From positions 930,001 to 994,000 of the forward strand of contig NW_026782361.1 in assembly GCF_031769215.1 (NCBI RefSeq): DNA of 64,000 bases. Reading direction: 5' to 3'. The position numbers and the translations under genes are program-made. Every line of letters starts with the position of its first letter. The first letter of the stretch is position 1. Positions 1 through 12,584 of the stretch are shown here, one piece after another. The notes under the pieces were generated by a model. It searched no databases and had not been told where the DNA came from. It was given only the letters and a program-made list of their open reading frames with translations. This DNA is from Ylistrum balloti (lineage: Eukaryota).

Positions 1-59
1 CCTAGGAACCTATCAGCCAAATACCATGCTTCTTTCTGTACCTTTCATTAGATTTGTTA

Positions 60-2125
60 AAATTTTGAATTCACATCGTATCACATGAAACGAATCAATT
101 CACAGTATCAACCACAAAGTGGCTCACACATAAACACACCACACACATTTAGTATTGACATATACACATAGATACTCATACAGATACATGCATACAAATT
201 CAATATATTCAATTATGCAAAAACATATACTTCATTTACATACTTGAATATCACAGAATCTAATATTTAGAGAAATAAAAGTGAAGACAAAAGATGTCCC
301 TTTACTATATGCTATACACTTCTGTAAGTAATCTTTGAAATTGTTGACTAAAGCATTGACATTTAAAGACTTATTAAGGCATCTGTTTCTATAGAAATAT
401 ATTGATTAATGATTATATCATCAGCATTAAAAATTAAGACTTCTCTCATTAATAAACTTGAAGAAGAAGGATTGTTTTTGATTGATAAAGGTATATAAAG
501 AACATCTAGGCGTGTTTCTAGACTTTTCAGATTTTGTACTTCCTGGCATTCCCACATTAAAAGATTTATAGTTTCCCTTTCTGAATTGCAAAATGAACAC
601 TATACCTACTTTAAATAGTTTAGAATTTGTGGAAAGAATATGTTGTGGTTTTCGAAATTGAAGCCATTGAAATTAAGTATTTTTTGTGACTTTATTCTGA
701 ATTGTATAAATTTCATTCTGTTCTCTTTCATCAAACAAAATCTGTTCTTGCCATTTTACTATACCCATAGCTATGATATCTTTATATTTGGAGGTAAGAA
801 AGGATGAATAACTCGTTTCAAATTTATTGGTAAAGGGTCTGGCAGACATTTGCAAATCACAGATATTAATCCCTAAACTTGAAAAAAATTGTATGAAGAT
901 GATATTTTTCTGGAAATTCTTCAAAGTTATAGAGGAAAAGCTATCTGTATTCTTGATAAGATCTGAAATAATCTGTATTCCTGATTTATATCATCATGAT
1001 AGAAGACTGATTTATCTCTGATAGTAATATTTCTGTTACACCAAATATATTGGGTTAAAAGCGATCTTTCCTCAAGTTCCCCAATTTCTTTTGAATTATT
1101 CAATTTGTACCAAGCTTTAAACACAACTTTCCAAAGGTTGTCTCTATATATATATTACTTCATTTAGATATATATTCTCCACCAATATTCAACAACATAT
1201 CCATATTAATTTTGTCTTTCAAGATTAATTTCCATTTTCCTTCCCTGCTGTATAAGTCTCCTAACCCACCCCAATTAAAGATTTTCAATAAAAGCATTCA
1301 AATTATCCATCTTCAATCCGCCATCACTATATTTTTAAACAACATTTCTTTTGATTTTATCAGTTTTACTATTCCATGAAAATTTTAAAAGTATGGTATT
1401 GATTTCTTTAATCACCTTTTCACTGAGGTTTGGATGGGATGTAAACAATTGGTTGAACTGGGATATCAATAATGATTTAATAATATGAATCGTAACAATA
1501 GCAGTTAATTTCCTTTTTGTCCAGGTATTGATTAGTGGACTTTTTAATTTTATGATTCTTAAGTTAAGATTAAGATTGGGAATGTTGTTTAAGTTTACAT
1601 CAAATTCTATACCATGTAGAGTAAATTTAATTTCCCCCGCTGCTGATGAAACTCGGGAAGCATTTTATCTCTACTGTATGTCTTGCTACCAAATTCAAAT
1701 TATTTCACTTTAATCAACATTTATTTTAAAGCTGTATACATTTGCAAATTTGTTAAATTCAATGAGAGTTTCATGAAGTGACTTCTCTGATCCATCTAAT
1801 ACAAGAAATGTATCATTTGCATATTGAGATATTAGTGTTTCAGAATTATTTGCCATAATTCTTTAACATGACTGTTTTTCCTCAAAGGTAAAGCTAAAAT
1901 TTCCACACACATAAGCTTATTAAAGTTCCCTCCTTGGTTAATTGTAGATGAAATATTGTTACATAATGTATTAAGCCATCTTGAAATATCATTACCAAAA
2001 CAAAACAAAAATTTGAAACTTTTCTGATGTAATTCCAAGATGCAAAGTTGAATACCTTTTCAAAATCTATCATCAAAATCATACCAGGTATATCACTTCC
2101 TTTAGTAAATTTCATAATATATAAT
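60..2125 (-). mobile_element. 5'-truncated, decayed Tx1/L1-clade non-LTR retrotransposon (ORF2: RT to C-terminal zinc-binding region, plus 3' UTR)
   Basis: Minus-strand fragments IPGMILMIDFEKVFNFASW (1894-2115; matches the L1/Tx1 'IDFEKAFDSVSW' motif), HILSTNSKLFKVG..CNSEKETI..WECQEVQ (~540-660) and further ORF2-like pieces at 673-924, broken by stops and frameshifts. Ends are approximate. Confidence 0.85.
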
Positions 2126-2640
2126 AAACCAAGATGATGTGTGTAGGTTTTAACAAAGTTTCATTCTAGGAACCTATCAGCCAAATATGCTTCTGCACCT
2201 TTTGGTCAGTGAGAAGAAGTTGGTTAAAGGTTTTAGCAAATGTGACCCCTTGGACCTTGATTAAGGGTCAAAATTATTATTTTTTTTTTTGCAAACTTTT
2301 CTTTTTATTTCTGAGACCATATTAAAGCTTCATTCACAAATGAGCAGGAGAACTTTATTTTCCAATGTTACTATACAAGAAATTCTCAGTCTCTGCCATA
2401 TGGCATTTTCCCAAAATGGCCAGAAAAAAACTGGGTACACTTGTACATCCTGCCTACAGATAACAGAATCAGCAGATTTCCTGATCTTCATGTACGTGAG
2501 CTCAGTCTTTCAATAACAATTAATAGTTGAATACTTTCATCCCAATGAACAAGCCCCATGCCTGAATCCCTGTCTGTTAGCTGAGATAGGAATGTTGACA
2601 AACACAAGAGCTGACATGGTATCAGCAGTGAAAACCTAGA
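2126..2640. repeat. dispersed bivalve-type interspersed repeat; a second partial copy lies at 1-45
   Basis: CTAGGAACCTATCAGCCAAATA is identical at 2-23 and 2166-2187, with looser similarity beyond. TGACCCCTTGGACCTTGA and ACAAGAG motifs are of a kind common in mollusc non-autonomous elements. Confidence 0.35.
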
Positions 2641-4297
2641 TTTAACCTAAAACTTAATTAATCAATGAGAAAACTTAATGCTGATAAGAACAAAGAAATA
2701 ATTTCAGGCATTATAATTTTTTTGTGAAAAGATCTCTCATCATGAATACATACAAGCATAATCTACCTGGATAAGTACTCTTTGGTATGTCTGTATAATA
2801 AATGGGTTTCTGTGACTATCAATTTGAATGGATGAGTCTAATAAACCTGACCAGTACCATGCATGTGCCAGTCTCCCTCCCACCAATCTTCAACATAACC
2901 AGTAGAGAAAATAACATTCAATTCGCAGTGGCTGCACAGCCTATTAACATACCCCTTACAGGCCAGTGCACAGCAATCACATTCACTTAGATCAGTGTGG
3001 GACCAGAGGATGGCAGTCATTATGACCAGACGCTCCACTCTTCAGAGGGACGACAATTATTACAACTAGATGCTCCACTCATCGGGCAGAGCAATCCTTT
3101 AATCATAATTCATGTTCACTTCACAAATTATTGATCTGGTAACGGGGCATTAATTTGATGACAAACACAATAGAGAGAATTAATGTTTTACTCTAATTTG
3201 ATGACAAAATACAATAACAGCAAATTAATGGCTGCCTTGTCCCAATTATACCCAGGTGTCTAATCATCTCAATGGGGGACAAAAGATTAACAACCTGTCC
3301 CATTAATTAGGCATTTTGACAGAAAGATTTCATTATCATTCTTAATTACAAAACTTGTGGAGACAATATTAACTTTCTAACTTACACATCATTTACCTTT
3401 CTTTCTAAAAAAAATATTTGTCAAATTGATCATGCTTTATTTCTTCAACTGTAAAAGTGTGGTGGATTTCACACAAAAATACCTGCTGATTTTGAAGGTT
3501 AGTAAAAAAAATGTATATTTTTAACAGACCATAATGATCACATTGTCTTAATACCTAATAGATATGTTCATATGTATTATATCTATCATGAGCAAAAAAT
3601 CAGGCATAAAACAGAGCAAGTGCTGTACAGATGTTGGCAACCGTTTGCTAGTCTGCTGGGTTGTGCTGGTAAACAACCCTGGTCATTTCGGAATCTATCT
3701 CTTTGTTGTAGCTGTTGCTACCTCACTGAACAATATATTGGACACCCAACTAGCCACATGCTTTTCAAAGCAATTGAGGCAATGTGTCTTACAGCTCACA
3801 GACATAGTCATGAAGTCACAGGAAAAAGTTCTCTTATTACAGCTTCTGCGAAACATATACTGTCATGAATAGAGATCATCTAAACACACACCTAAGGTTA
3901 CTAAGCCCAATTTTCAATCTTCACTATTAAAAGAAAAGTGACTTGCCATGCTTGTAATTATGTGAAAACTGGATCATGTTCCAAGCAGCAATCACTTAAT
4001 CACTGTTTCATACTGATACAAATTCTGCCAATAAAATTTTGAAATGCAACAAGAAGTTTTTACTTTATTACTTAGAAACATTATCTGTGAAATGTTGGTC
4101 AGTGACAAACTTTATTACATCATATCTACAACCTAAGGGGAAGTAACTCAACTCAGAATATTTCATTTTCTTTCTTTATAAATTTGTACATAGATCAGGA
4201 TAAGTTGACTGTCATTTGTGTTGAAAATTTAAGAACCCAGATTGAAGCAATAAAATGCAGACAGTGGAAATTTGACCTTTTACCTCTGTCAAAGAGA

Positions 4298-4611
4298 AAA
4301 TACTGTACTATATACTACATAAGGGGAAAGATCATACACACCATTTCATAGAATCTGAAATACTGTACTATATACTACACTAGCTGAAAGATCATACACA
4401 CCATTTCATAGAATCACAAATACTGTACTATATACTACACTAGCTGAAAGATCATACACACCATTTCAGAGAATCACAAATACTGTACTATATACTACAC
4501 TAGCTGAAAGTTCATACACACCATTTCATAGAATCACAAATACTGTACTATATACTACACTAGCTGAAAGATCATACACACCATTTCATAGAATCACAAA
4601 TACTGTACTAA
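4298..4611. repeat. 60-bp tandem repeat, about 5 copies
   Basis: TACTGTACTA recurs at 4301, 4361, 4421, 4481, 4541 and 4601. Confidence 0.95.
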
Positions 4612-4924
4612 ATGTGGGTGCTACACTAATTAACATTTTAACTCAATGAAGAGTTCATCAGAAAGAAAACTGAAAACTAAATACCTTACAGTACCAAGCA
4701 TGCCAAGCAAGATTTCATATCAATTTTTTTCTTCCTTTTACTTTATAGTTTTCATACATATTCTCATATTTGTCCTCTTTTCCATCATAATCATCATCAA
4801 AATTGCTTGACTGACATCATCACAGCATATATATTGTACATGTACTCACATATGCTTTCTTTTACATTTATATTTTCACAATTTGTCTATCTGTCATCGC
4901 TGACTTCTGTATTAAGCATGATCA

Positions 4925-6060
4925 ATAATGCCACAATAACAACCATTAAAATCTCAACAACAGTGCCACATATAACATCAACCATTAAAATCTCAACAAC
5001 AGTGCCACATATAACATCAACCATTAAAACCTCATCAATCATGCCACATACAACAACAACCGTTAAAACCTCATCAATAATGTCACATACAACAACAACC
5101 ATTGAAACTCATCAATAGTGCCACATACAACAACCATTAAAACCTCATCAATAGTGCCACATACAACAGCAACCATTAAAACCTCATCAATAATGCCACA
5201 TACAACATCAACCATTAAAACCTCATCAATAATGCCACATACAACAACCATTAAAAACTCATCAATAATGCCACATACAACATCAACCATTAAAACCTCA
5301 TCAATAATGCCACATACAACAACAACCATTAAAAACTCATCAATAATGCCACATACAACAACAACCATTGAAACTCATCAATAGTGCCACATACAACAAC
5401 GATTAAAAACTCATCAATAATGCCACATACAACAACCATTTAAAACTCATCAATAATGCCACATACAACAACCATTAAAAACTCATCAATAATGCCACAT
5501 ACAACATCAACCATTAAAACCTCATCAATAATGCCACATACAACAGCAACCATTAAAACCTCATCAATAATGCCACATACAACAACCATTAAAAACTCAT
5601 CAATAATGCCACATACAACAACAACCATTAAAAACTCATCAATAATGCCACATACAACAACAACCATTAAAACATCATCAATAGTGCCACATACAACAAC
5701 AACCATTAAAACCTCATCAATAGTGCCACATACAACAACCATTTAAAACTCATCAATAATGCCACATACAACAGCAACTATTAAAACATCATCAATAGTG
5801 CCACATACAACAACAACCATTAAAATTTCATCAATAATGCCACATACATTAAAAAATCAATAATGTCACATAGGCAACCTAAAACCTCATCAATACAACA
5901 GCAACCATTAAAACCTCATCAATAGTGCCACATACAACATCAGTCCATTAAATATTATCAATTATGCCACAACAACATCATTTAAAATCTTATCACAGTG
6001 CCACAACAGCAGTCCTTGAACATTATCAGTAGTGCCACAACACTAGCTAAAAAATCATTA
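4925..6060. repeat. 36-42-bp minisatellite (ACCATTAAAACCTCATCAATAATGCCACATACAACAACA), degenerating at both ends
   Basis: Tandem units are directly visible. They generate the Thr/Ser-rich (+) and Val-rich (-) ORFs in the track, which are broken by 1-bp indels. Confidence 0.9.
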
Positions 6061-7478
6061 TTAATAGTACCATGACAGGCAGTCATTAAAACTTCATAAA
6101 AAATGCCACCATGTAAGCAACTGTAACCTTATGAAACATGACCAAGTAGTAACACACAGCAAACCAATACTCATATTGGCTTTGCTACAAGTATAACAGA
6201 GTTACCTCTCTTCAATTGCAATACAATTCCATGTGGATGAAATATAGCTAGTGAAGACACAATATCAAAGACACAATTTACTACTAGTAATCAAATGATG
6301 ACTAATTCCTAAAGCTTACTTTGGGTTGCATATTTAAATACCTTTTAATTACTTTTCAATGAAAATGCTGGTGAAATCTAAGTGATGGTATCATATAGCC
6401 AAAAATGATTACAAAATTTGAAACATAACTATTTCAAGCTACCTGATTAGTTATTTCTCTGTAAAAAGTTTCAATGTTTTGTCAATATATTTATATCAAA
6501 GATGGGCCAAATCACTCAAGCAGGAAGTTTCAAACTGGCAAAACAACAGTGATTTGGGGACAACATGAATGATTTTGGATTATGAATATTTCATTGAACA
6601 ATTCATGTAAAGTATTATGTCATAATTAATTTTTAATACTAAATTTTTGAGACAGTGACACCAGTTTTTCATATACCTATAGTCAGAAGTACTTCAGCTG
6701 GCTCCATACCAGAATGAGACATCTGTCACTTGTCAGTAATCATGTCTAACAGCTTGTGCAGGAGTCAGAGGAAATATTGGGCTATGTTATCAACATGACA
6801 TCCAACAGAGGTGTCAGAGTATATCAACATGTCTTCAACTTCAACGACACCTTTATGATTCAAACATGAACATCTTTCTAAACAAGACTCACAATAATGA
6901 AAATACTTGAGTTAAGCACATAAACTGACTGTTTATTGATCAAGGTCACCAAGGATATAAGAAGATTACAGTTAAATCACATCATACTTAACTTGTCTTT
7001 GTATGAGACAATACATCACTTTTATTTTAAGAAAGGCATTTTTTTTTGTGTTCTCAGATGACACCGATATACACAAGTATTTGTCTATGTCATGTTTATT
7101 TTCTGCATCACATACATCTGTATGTTGTCATCCTCTATAACATTTTCATTATCCACGTTATGTACAGCTGTTATTAGTTGATATTAGCAGTTCCATGCAA
7201 AGTTACAGTGCCAGCCTTGATTGGTGAACACTGGAAACAATTTTCACAATACTTGGATAATTAAGCGAGACTTCTATATATACACATCAGCACATTTTGT
7301 AACACCTGTCATATATTTGAGACAACATTACATGATAAATGTTATGGTGATTCTTTTTGTTTCTTTCAAATATATAGTTTTCCTTTAGCTGAGCAGTAGA
7401 GAGTCTGTCTAGGGGCAAAAGTAGCTTAACTCTAATTATAACACTAGCGGGGACAGGATGTTTTTCATTCCTTACTTA

Positions 7479-9424
7479 TCGTATTTATTCCAATAAACGC
7501 CCCGGGGTGTGAAATTTTTCAGACAGGGGGCGATTAATAGAACACAAAATTTCATAATTTGTTGGTCGTGACATGCCATGGCTGCCACTTAAAAACATTG
7601 TTTAACAAACTAACGAATTACTCAGCAAAGAATGCATTTGAAAACTGCAGTAATCCCAACTTGTTGTATTTTTAAACATTGTTGTCAATTGCATTCTGAT
7701 AACCTGAATTCTTGTATGAAATGACACGAAGTCAATCGTGTCAGCTTCAGTCAAAAAAGTACAATGTTCATCATCGCTTGTAGGCCTAGTTTGCATAACA
7801 AAATAAAAAACACAGCAATATATAAGCCAGTCTGTTTCTTAATAAATCCCACATACCTGATAACAATGTCTGGGACAAAACGAAATTACGACACTGCTTT
7901 CAAGCTTAAAGTAATCGCCTTCGCAGAGGAGAAGGGTAAACATGCCAATGCGAAAGTGTTTCGTGTTGACAGAAAACGAGTGCGGGACTGGTGTCAAAAC
8001 AAAGAAAAATTAAAAAATCTTTCTAAAACATCTAAACGCTGTAAAGGAGGTGGGAGGCATGTCAGATATTAAGATATTGACAAAAATCTGATGAGACGGC
8101 TACAGGACAGACAGGAGGCCGGAATACGAGTGACTGGGAAAGCATTGCGGTTTGAGGCCCTGCGTATGCATAAGACAAATGGTAGTCAATCGTTCAAAGC
8201 CTCATATGGATGGTTTTCTAAATTCAAAAAGAGACATAACGTTTCGTTCAGGAGATCTACGCATGTGGCACAACATGAAGTTTCATTAATTGATGATCGT
8301 ATTGACAGTTTTTTTAATTTCGTGTTAAAAATGTGTCGGCTACATGAATACCCCGGTAGCCATATCACTAACATGGACGAAACCCCGGTGTGGTTTGACA
8401 TGCCAGGAAAATCGACATTGGCAATAAAGGGGACACGGTGACACTGGCAGCATATGCTGATGGGACTAAAATCACCCTCCCCCCTTGTGCACATGCCAGG
8501 CATTCGTCCCCTTCCGAAAGATGACATACCAAGTGGTATTGTGGTATACATGTGCGGGGCCGGACAAAAATCCTGGGCAAACAAGGAAAGTATAAAATTT
8601 TGGTTAAAAAAAACTCTGGGGTGTGAATAATACAGCTAGGCGGTTATTAGTATGGGACGCTTTCCGTGGTCATCTTACTGAAGATGTAAAAAAACTGGTT
8701 CGTCAAAAATATAATTCAGACATCTGTGTTATACCCAGAGGATGTACATGTAAGCTACAGCCAGCCCATGTGTCGTGGAATAAACCCTTCAAACAAAAAC
8801 TTGCAGAGTTGTATGACGAATGGTGTTTCAGTGGCCCCATTGAGAAAACCAAAGCAGGGAATCATAAAGCCCCATCTTAAGCTGTAATGTTGTCTTGGGT
8901 CAAGACAGCATGGGATAGCATTAGCCCGGACACAATCAGAAGATCGTTAAAAAAATGCGGTATCACAAATTCGCTTGATGGTAGCGAAGATCATATGTTC
9001 CAGTATGATTCTGACGATGAGGAATTCCAGGGGTTTAGTGAAAAGGATGTCCAAGCTGCAGATGACGTTTTGCAAAATTTAATGGGTGATGTGAACGCGC
9101 CTTCTATTCCACAAATAGAACTGAGTGAAAGCGAGACTGGCGAAAGTGAAAGTGAAGACAGTAGTTTGTACGGCAGTCCTGGCCGTTAGGCCTGCAGTAT
9201 ATTGAAATGAACCGTGGATTAAATTGATATTACTTGTGTACATGTCGTGACAGTGTAATTTTCTTGTGCCAAAATTCATTTGTTCATGTATACCAGGAAT
9301 TTAAAATTTATTAAAAGGTAAGCTTTGTAACCCGACTCCTGAGTTGTTGAAATTTACTCTGAGAAAACAGGTGGGGGGGGGGGGGCCGTTTATTAGAGAC
9401 GGGGCGTTTATTGGAATAAATAGG
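7479..9424 (+). mobile_element. pogo-family (Tc1/mariner superfamily, POGK-like) DNA transposon, near full length, transposase inactivated
   Basis: Perfect 22-bp inverted repeats TATTTATTCCAATAAACGCCCC (7482-7503 / 9401-9422). TA flanks at 7477-78 and 9425-26. Internal transposase remnant 7866-9189. Confidence 0.93.
7866..9189 (+). pseudogene. pogo DDD transposase pseudogene (Brinker-type HTH, CENP-B HTH, DDE_1 domain, acidic tail)
   Basis: MSGTKRNYDTAFKLKVI..., FKASYGWFSKFKKRH, NMDETP, LLVWDAF, LQPAHVSWNKPFK. Premature stops at 8070-72, 8439-41 and 8878-80 plus frameshifts. Confidence 0.9.
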
Positions 9425-9509
9425 TATATAAAATTTGGTTGTTTTCGGGGGCGACGACTTGTTGAGGAGGTGCCAGTTAATGAAGATGTTGAAAGCACGG
9501 ATCACATTT

Positions 9510-10065
9510 CCACAAGTAGTGGTAGAATTTCTAGCTTGACCAGGAAAGGTCACTAGTTCAAACCCCAGCAAGGCACATTTACTGTATGTTTTTCATTACT
9601 TTCTCTTACAGCAGCTCTAAACCACACATAAAAATTCAATGTTGCTACAACAAGATCACTACATTGCATTACAGCTAGTTGATTATAAACCCTGCAAAAT
9701 AAATGATGTCTATTCAGTCTTAAAGTTCTCTTTTTATCATGAATGACACATGTTTTTGTGAGAGGGAATGTACATATTTCCATTGAATGCCTTGACCGGG
9801 AATCCAACCCAAATCTTCAGAGTGATCATTCACAGCTTCAACCATCTAACCCAAAGAAAGCATAATCTATCAGGTGAGTAACAGAAGCTATGTATACACT
9901 GTCTCCTTCCTTTTACACTACTTCCTCATTTTTCTTGAGATTTCCTGAATCTCAGCCTTAGACACAGAATACCACATGTGGTATTTTGTTGGGCTCCAGT
10001 GTTAAAGAACAGGAATAGAACCTGGGTTTCCTGCATGTAACAGTGTCCTTATTTAATACTATATG
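9510..10065. mobile_element. cluster of three tRNA-derived (SINE-like) heads: ~9516-9580 (+), ~9790-9860 (-), ~10005-10062 (-)
   Basis: B-box-like AGTTCAAACC (+), GGTTGGATTCC (-) and GGTTCTATTCC (-). The first two have A-box-like motifs upstream (AGTGGTAGA; AGATGGTTGA). None has a complementary acceptor stem. Confidence 0.5.
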
Positions 10066-10729
10066 TGCATGTTTTTGTTACAACTTACATATGCATGTGC
10101 AAGTACTGTGAAAGTGTGGTCTATTTTTAAAAGTGACGACAAAAATGATATCTAGGTGGAAGGCTGTTTTGACAGTTCGTATCGTGATTTCTTTTCTTCT
10201 CACTTCTTATGGTTTTCTGACGCTCGTTGCCTGATATTGCTGAGGGGAAACATTTCGAAATTCCATTTGCTACACCGATTTTTTAATCACGAGTCCTAAA
10301 GTTATTTTACATGCCATATCTCGGCCAACTTATCAAATGGCTCCACGGAATTATTTGTTTACCAATGGTCATAGCAAGCATTTATGTAAAGGATATTGTC
10401 CAATTGTTGAGCGTTGCAACTCAAATCTAAAACGTTCAGAGCCAACCAAATAAAGAAGCGGTAAATAGTGCCATGAAACGAAGTTATAAACAAAACTTTT
10501 GAATGACATTCATTATGGTTATCCATATAAGATGTATAGTTATGATATGCATCGAGTATAACATATTTTCAATAAAATCATGAACACTGGGTATACCTGT
10601 TAAATGTTCCTGGAGGAAATGAGCGGTATCTTTGCCACAACACATGCACCGGAAGTAAAGAAGAAATTACAATTTTAAAGTCAAATTCCGGAAAACTGGC
10701 ATTCGGGGTTGTTTTAGTATGGTATAGAA

Positions 10730-12230
10730 GTGTTTCCGGTACGGTGTGTGTTCCTCTTCACCAGACTCAAAATTATATCATTATGGTCAAAGTTCATTTT
10801 GCGGTTAGTTTACAGTAGCTCTATAAATAAATACAATATCTTGAATTTTCCAAAACTTATCAAGTTTGTTTTTAATAATCTTCTGTGTGTACTCTGTCAA
10901 AAGCTTTCTGATAATCCATATGTATGCAATCGATTCCATAACCTTTATTCATAGCCTCTGTCCATTTATCCAGTACATCTAACAACTGAATTGAAGTTGA
11001 ACGGCCCGAAATAAATCCATATTGCCTTGAAGGAAAAGATTGTGTGATCTCATTTGTTTCCATTACTTTACATACAACAGATGTAAGGCTGACTGGCCTG
11101 TAATTCCCTGCTGCTCTCTTGTCTCCATTTTTAAATATTGCACACACTCTTGCATGCTTCCAATCAACAGGAATGGATCCCTCTCGAAGAGTTTGGTTGA
11201 ATATCAGTGCTAGTGGTATTGCTATGGTGGAGGCAGTCTTCTTCAGGAATTCTGGATTCATGTTATCTAAGCCTGGTGATTTATTTGGATTTAAGTTATT
11301 GAGTACCTTGGTAACCATTTCATTGGTTATCACAAGTGTTTTCATATTGCTGCTTGTTTTAATGTGTGTTAGTTCAGGTATTTTTCCTTTTTCTTCTCTA
11401 ACAAATACGCTTTGAAAGAAGTTTGCAAGAATGTCAACTCTATTTATCTGAGGCCACTATTTGAGATTTGTTGTCCAGTGGGTTTTTCGTTGAGTTCTGT
11501 TATTTCATCTTTGGATTTAGTTTTTGAGTTAATACATTTCCAGATCAGCTTAGGGTTACATTTGGCCTGTACAGCAATGGATTGTTCAAATTCCTCACAT
11601 AGTTTTCTTGTCTTTGACTTAACTTGGTTCCTTCCTCTGCTATATTCTCTCTGGATCAGATCTTTCTGCTACTTTTTTGGAGAGTGCATACTTCTTCCTT
11701 ATTTTTGCTAGTGTGTCCTCATCAATTGGAAATTGATGTTTGTTGTTTTTTCTGGTTTTTATCATTCTGGATGGTACATAGATATCAATTAAGTCCTGAA
11801 TATTGCTTTTAAAAATTCACCAGGTTTCATGGATGTCCCTATCTTCATTTAATAAATCTTTCCAGTTGGTCTCTATGATTTGTTTGCTTTTTTGTAACAT
11901 TTCTTAGATATGTTTCTATAAGTTACCCTGGTATTACAGACTATGCTCAGAAGAATAACACTGTGGTCACTCTTCCCCAGTGGACGCTGGTACTCTATTG
12001 ATGTAACGGTGCTTTCCTTGAAAGTTATTACAAGACCTAAAACGGGGTGTGTCATTTCCTCTCCATCATGTAGGTTTCTTGATTTAGGTTTTGAAGATCG
12101 TCTGTATTTATTTTTAAACATTAATGATCATTTCATCCCCAACATCAGTTCTTTTGGTGAATTAACGTAATCATCGGAAGAACAACATTGAAGAAGCACT
12201 TTTATAGGTTAAAATGTATATGTTTTGAAC
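10730..12230 (-). mobile_element. CR1-clade LINE remnant: endonuclease end, linker, N-terminal RT, then directly the ORF2 C-terminus and 3' UTR
   Basis: LVIT...PLGKSDHSVI (APE endonuclease end), LNPNKSPGLD...IFNQTL...GNYRPVSLTSVVCKVME...QYGFISGRST...MDYQKAFDRV (CR1 RT), followed by KNKLDKFW. Ends are approximate. Confidence 0.88.
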
Positions 12231-12584
12231 AAGCGAGCAAAACCCTTTGTTAAGCATGCAGTACCAAAGGAAAACAATAACATGCAGTACCAAGGGGAAA
12301 ATACATGAGAAATATGAAAATGTCCCTCTATTAGTTCTCAAGGAATAGCAATAATAAATTTTTTGGTGGTCAAGGGATTTCTTCTATTGACATCTGAGAA
12401 TGTTCCATCCATTTATTCTCCAGAATCAGCTAAATAAACTTTAGCATCAAATTAGAACATGCGCAGATAAGAACCAAAAGTAGCCTTGTGAGAAGAGCCA
12501 AAAGTGTAATGAACACATGATAAAATCCTTCATTATTATCAATGAGTGTTAGAATACCCCTCTGGTCTAGAGTTTAGAGGTCCC

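Noticed and set aside
2-2187. 22-bp direct repeat (2-23 and 2166-2187) as a target-site duplication of the Tx1/L1 element
   Set aside because: Similarity continues beyond 22 bp, and the right copy sits inside a longer interspersed repeat that begins near 2126. Two copies of one repeat family explain it better. The left context is cut off by the window.
2802-3872. Cys-containing ORFs at 2802-3038 and 3564-3872
   Set aside because: No recognisable domain or splice pattern; they may be very old transposon debris. A translated profile search would be needed.
4625-4662. Minus-strand CTGATGA-ACTC-TTCATT-GAGT hairpin as a third hammerhead
   Set aside because: It is followed by TAAA rather than GAAA, with no helix III or cleavage triplet.
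4686-4742. Minus-strand SKRKKKIDMKSCLACLVL*, resembling a polybasic CaaX terminus
   Set aside because: An in-frame TAA lies immediately upstream (4745-4743) and there is no polypyrimidine acceptor, so it cannot be joined to a gene.
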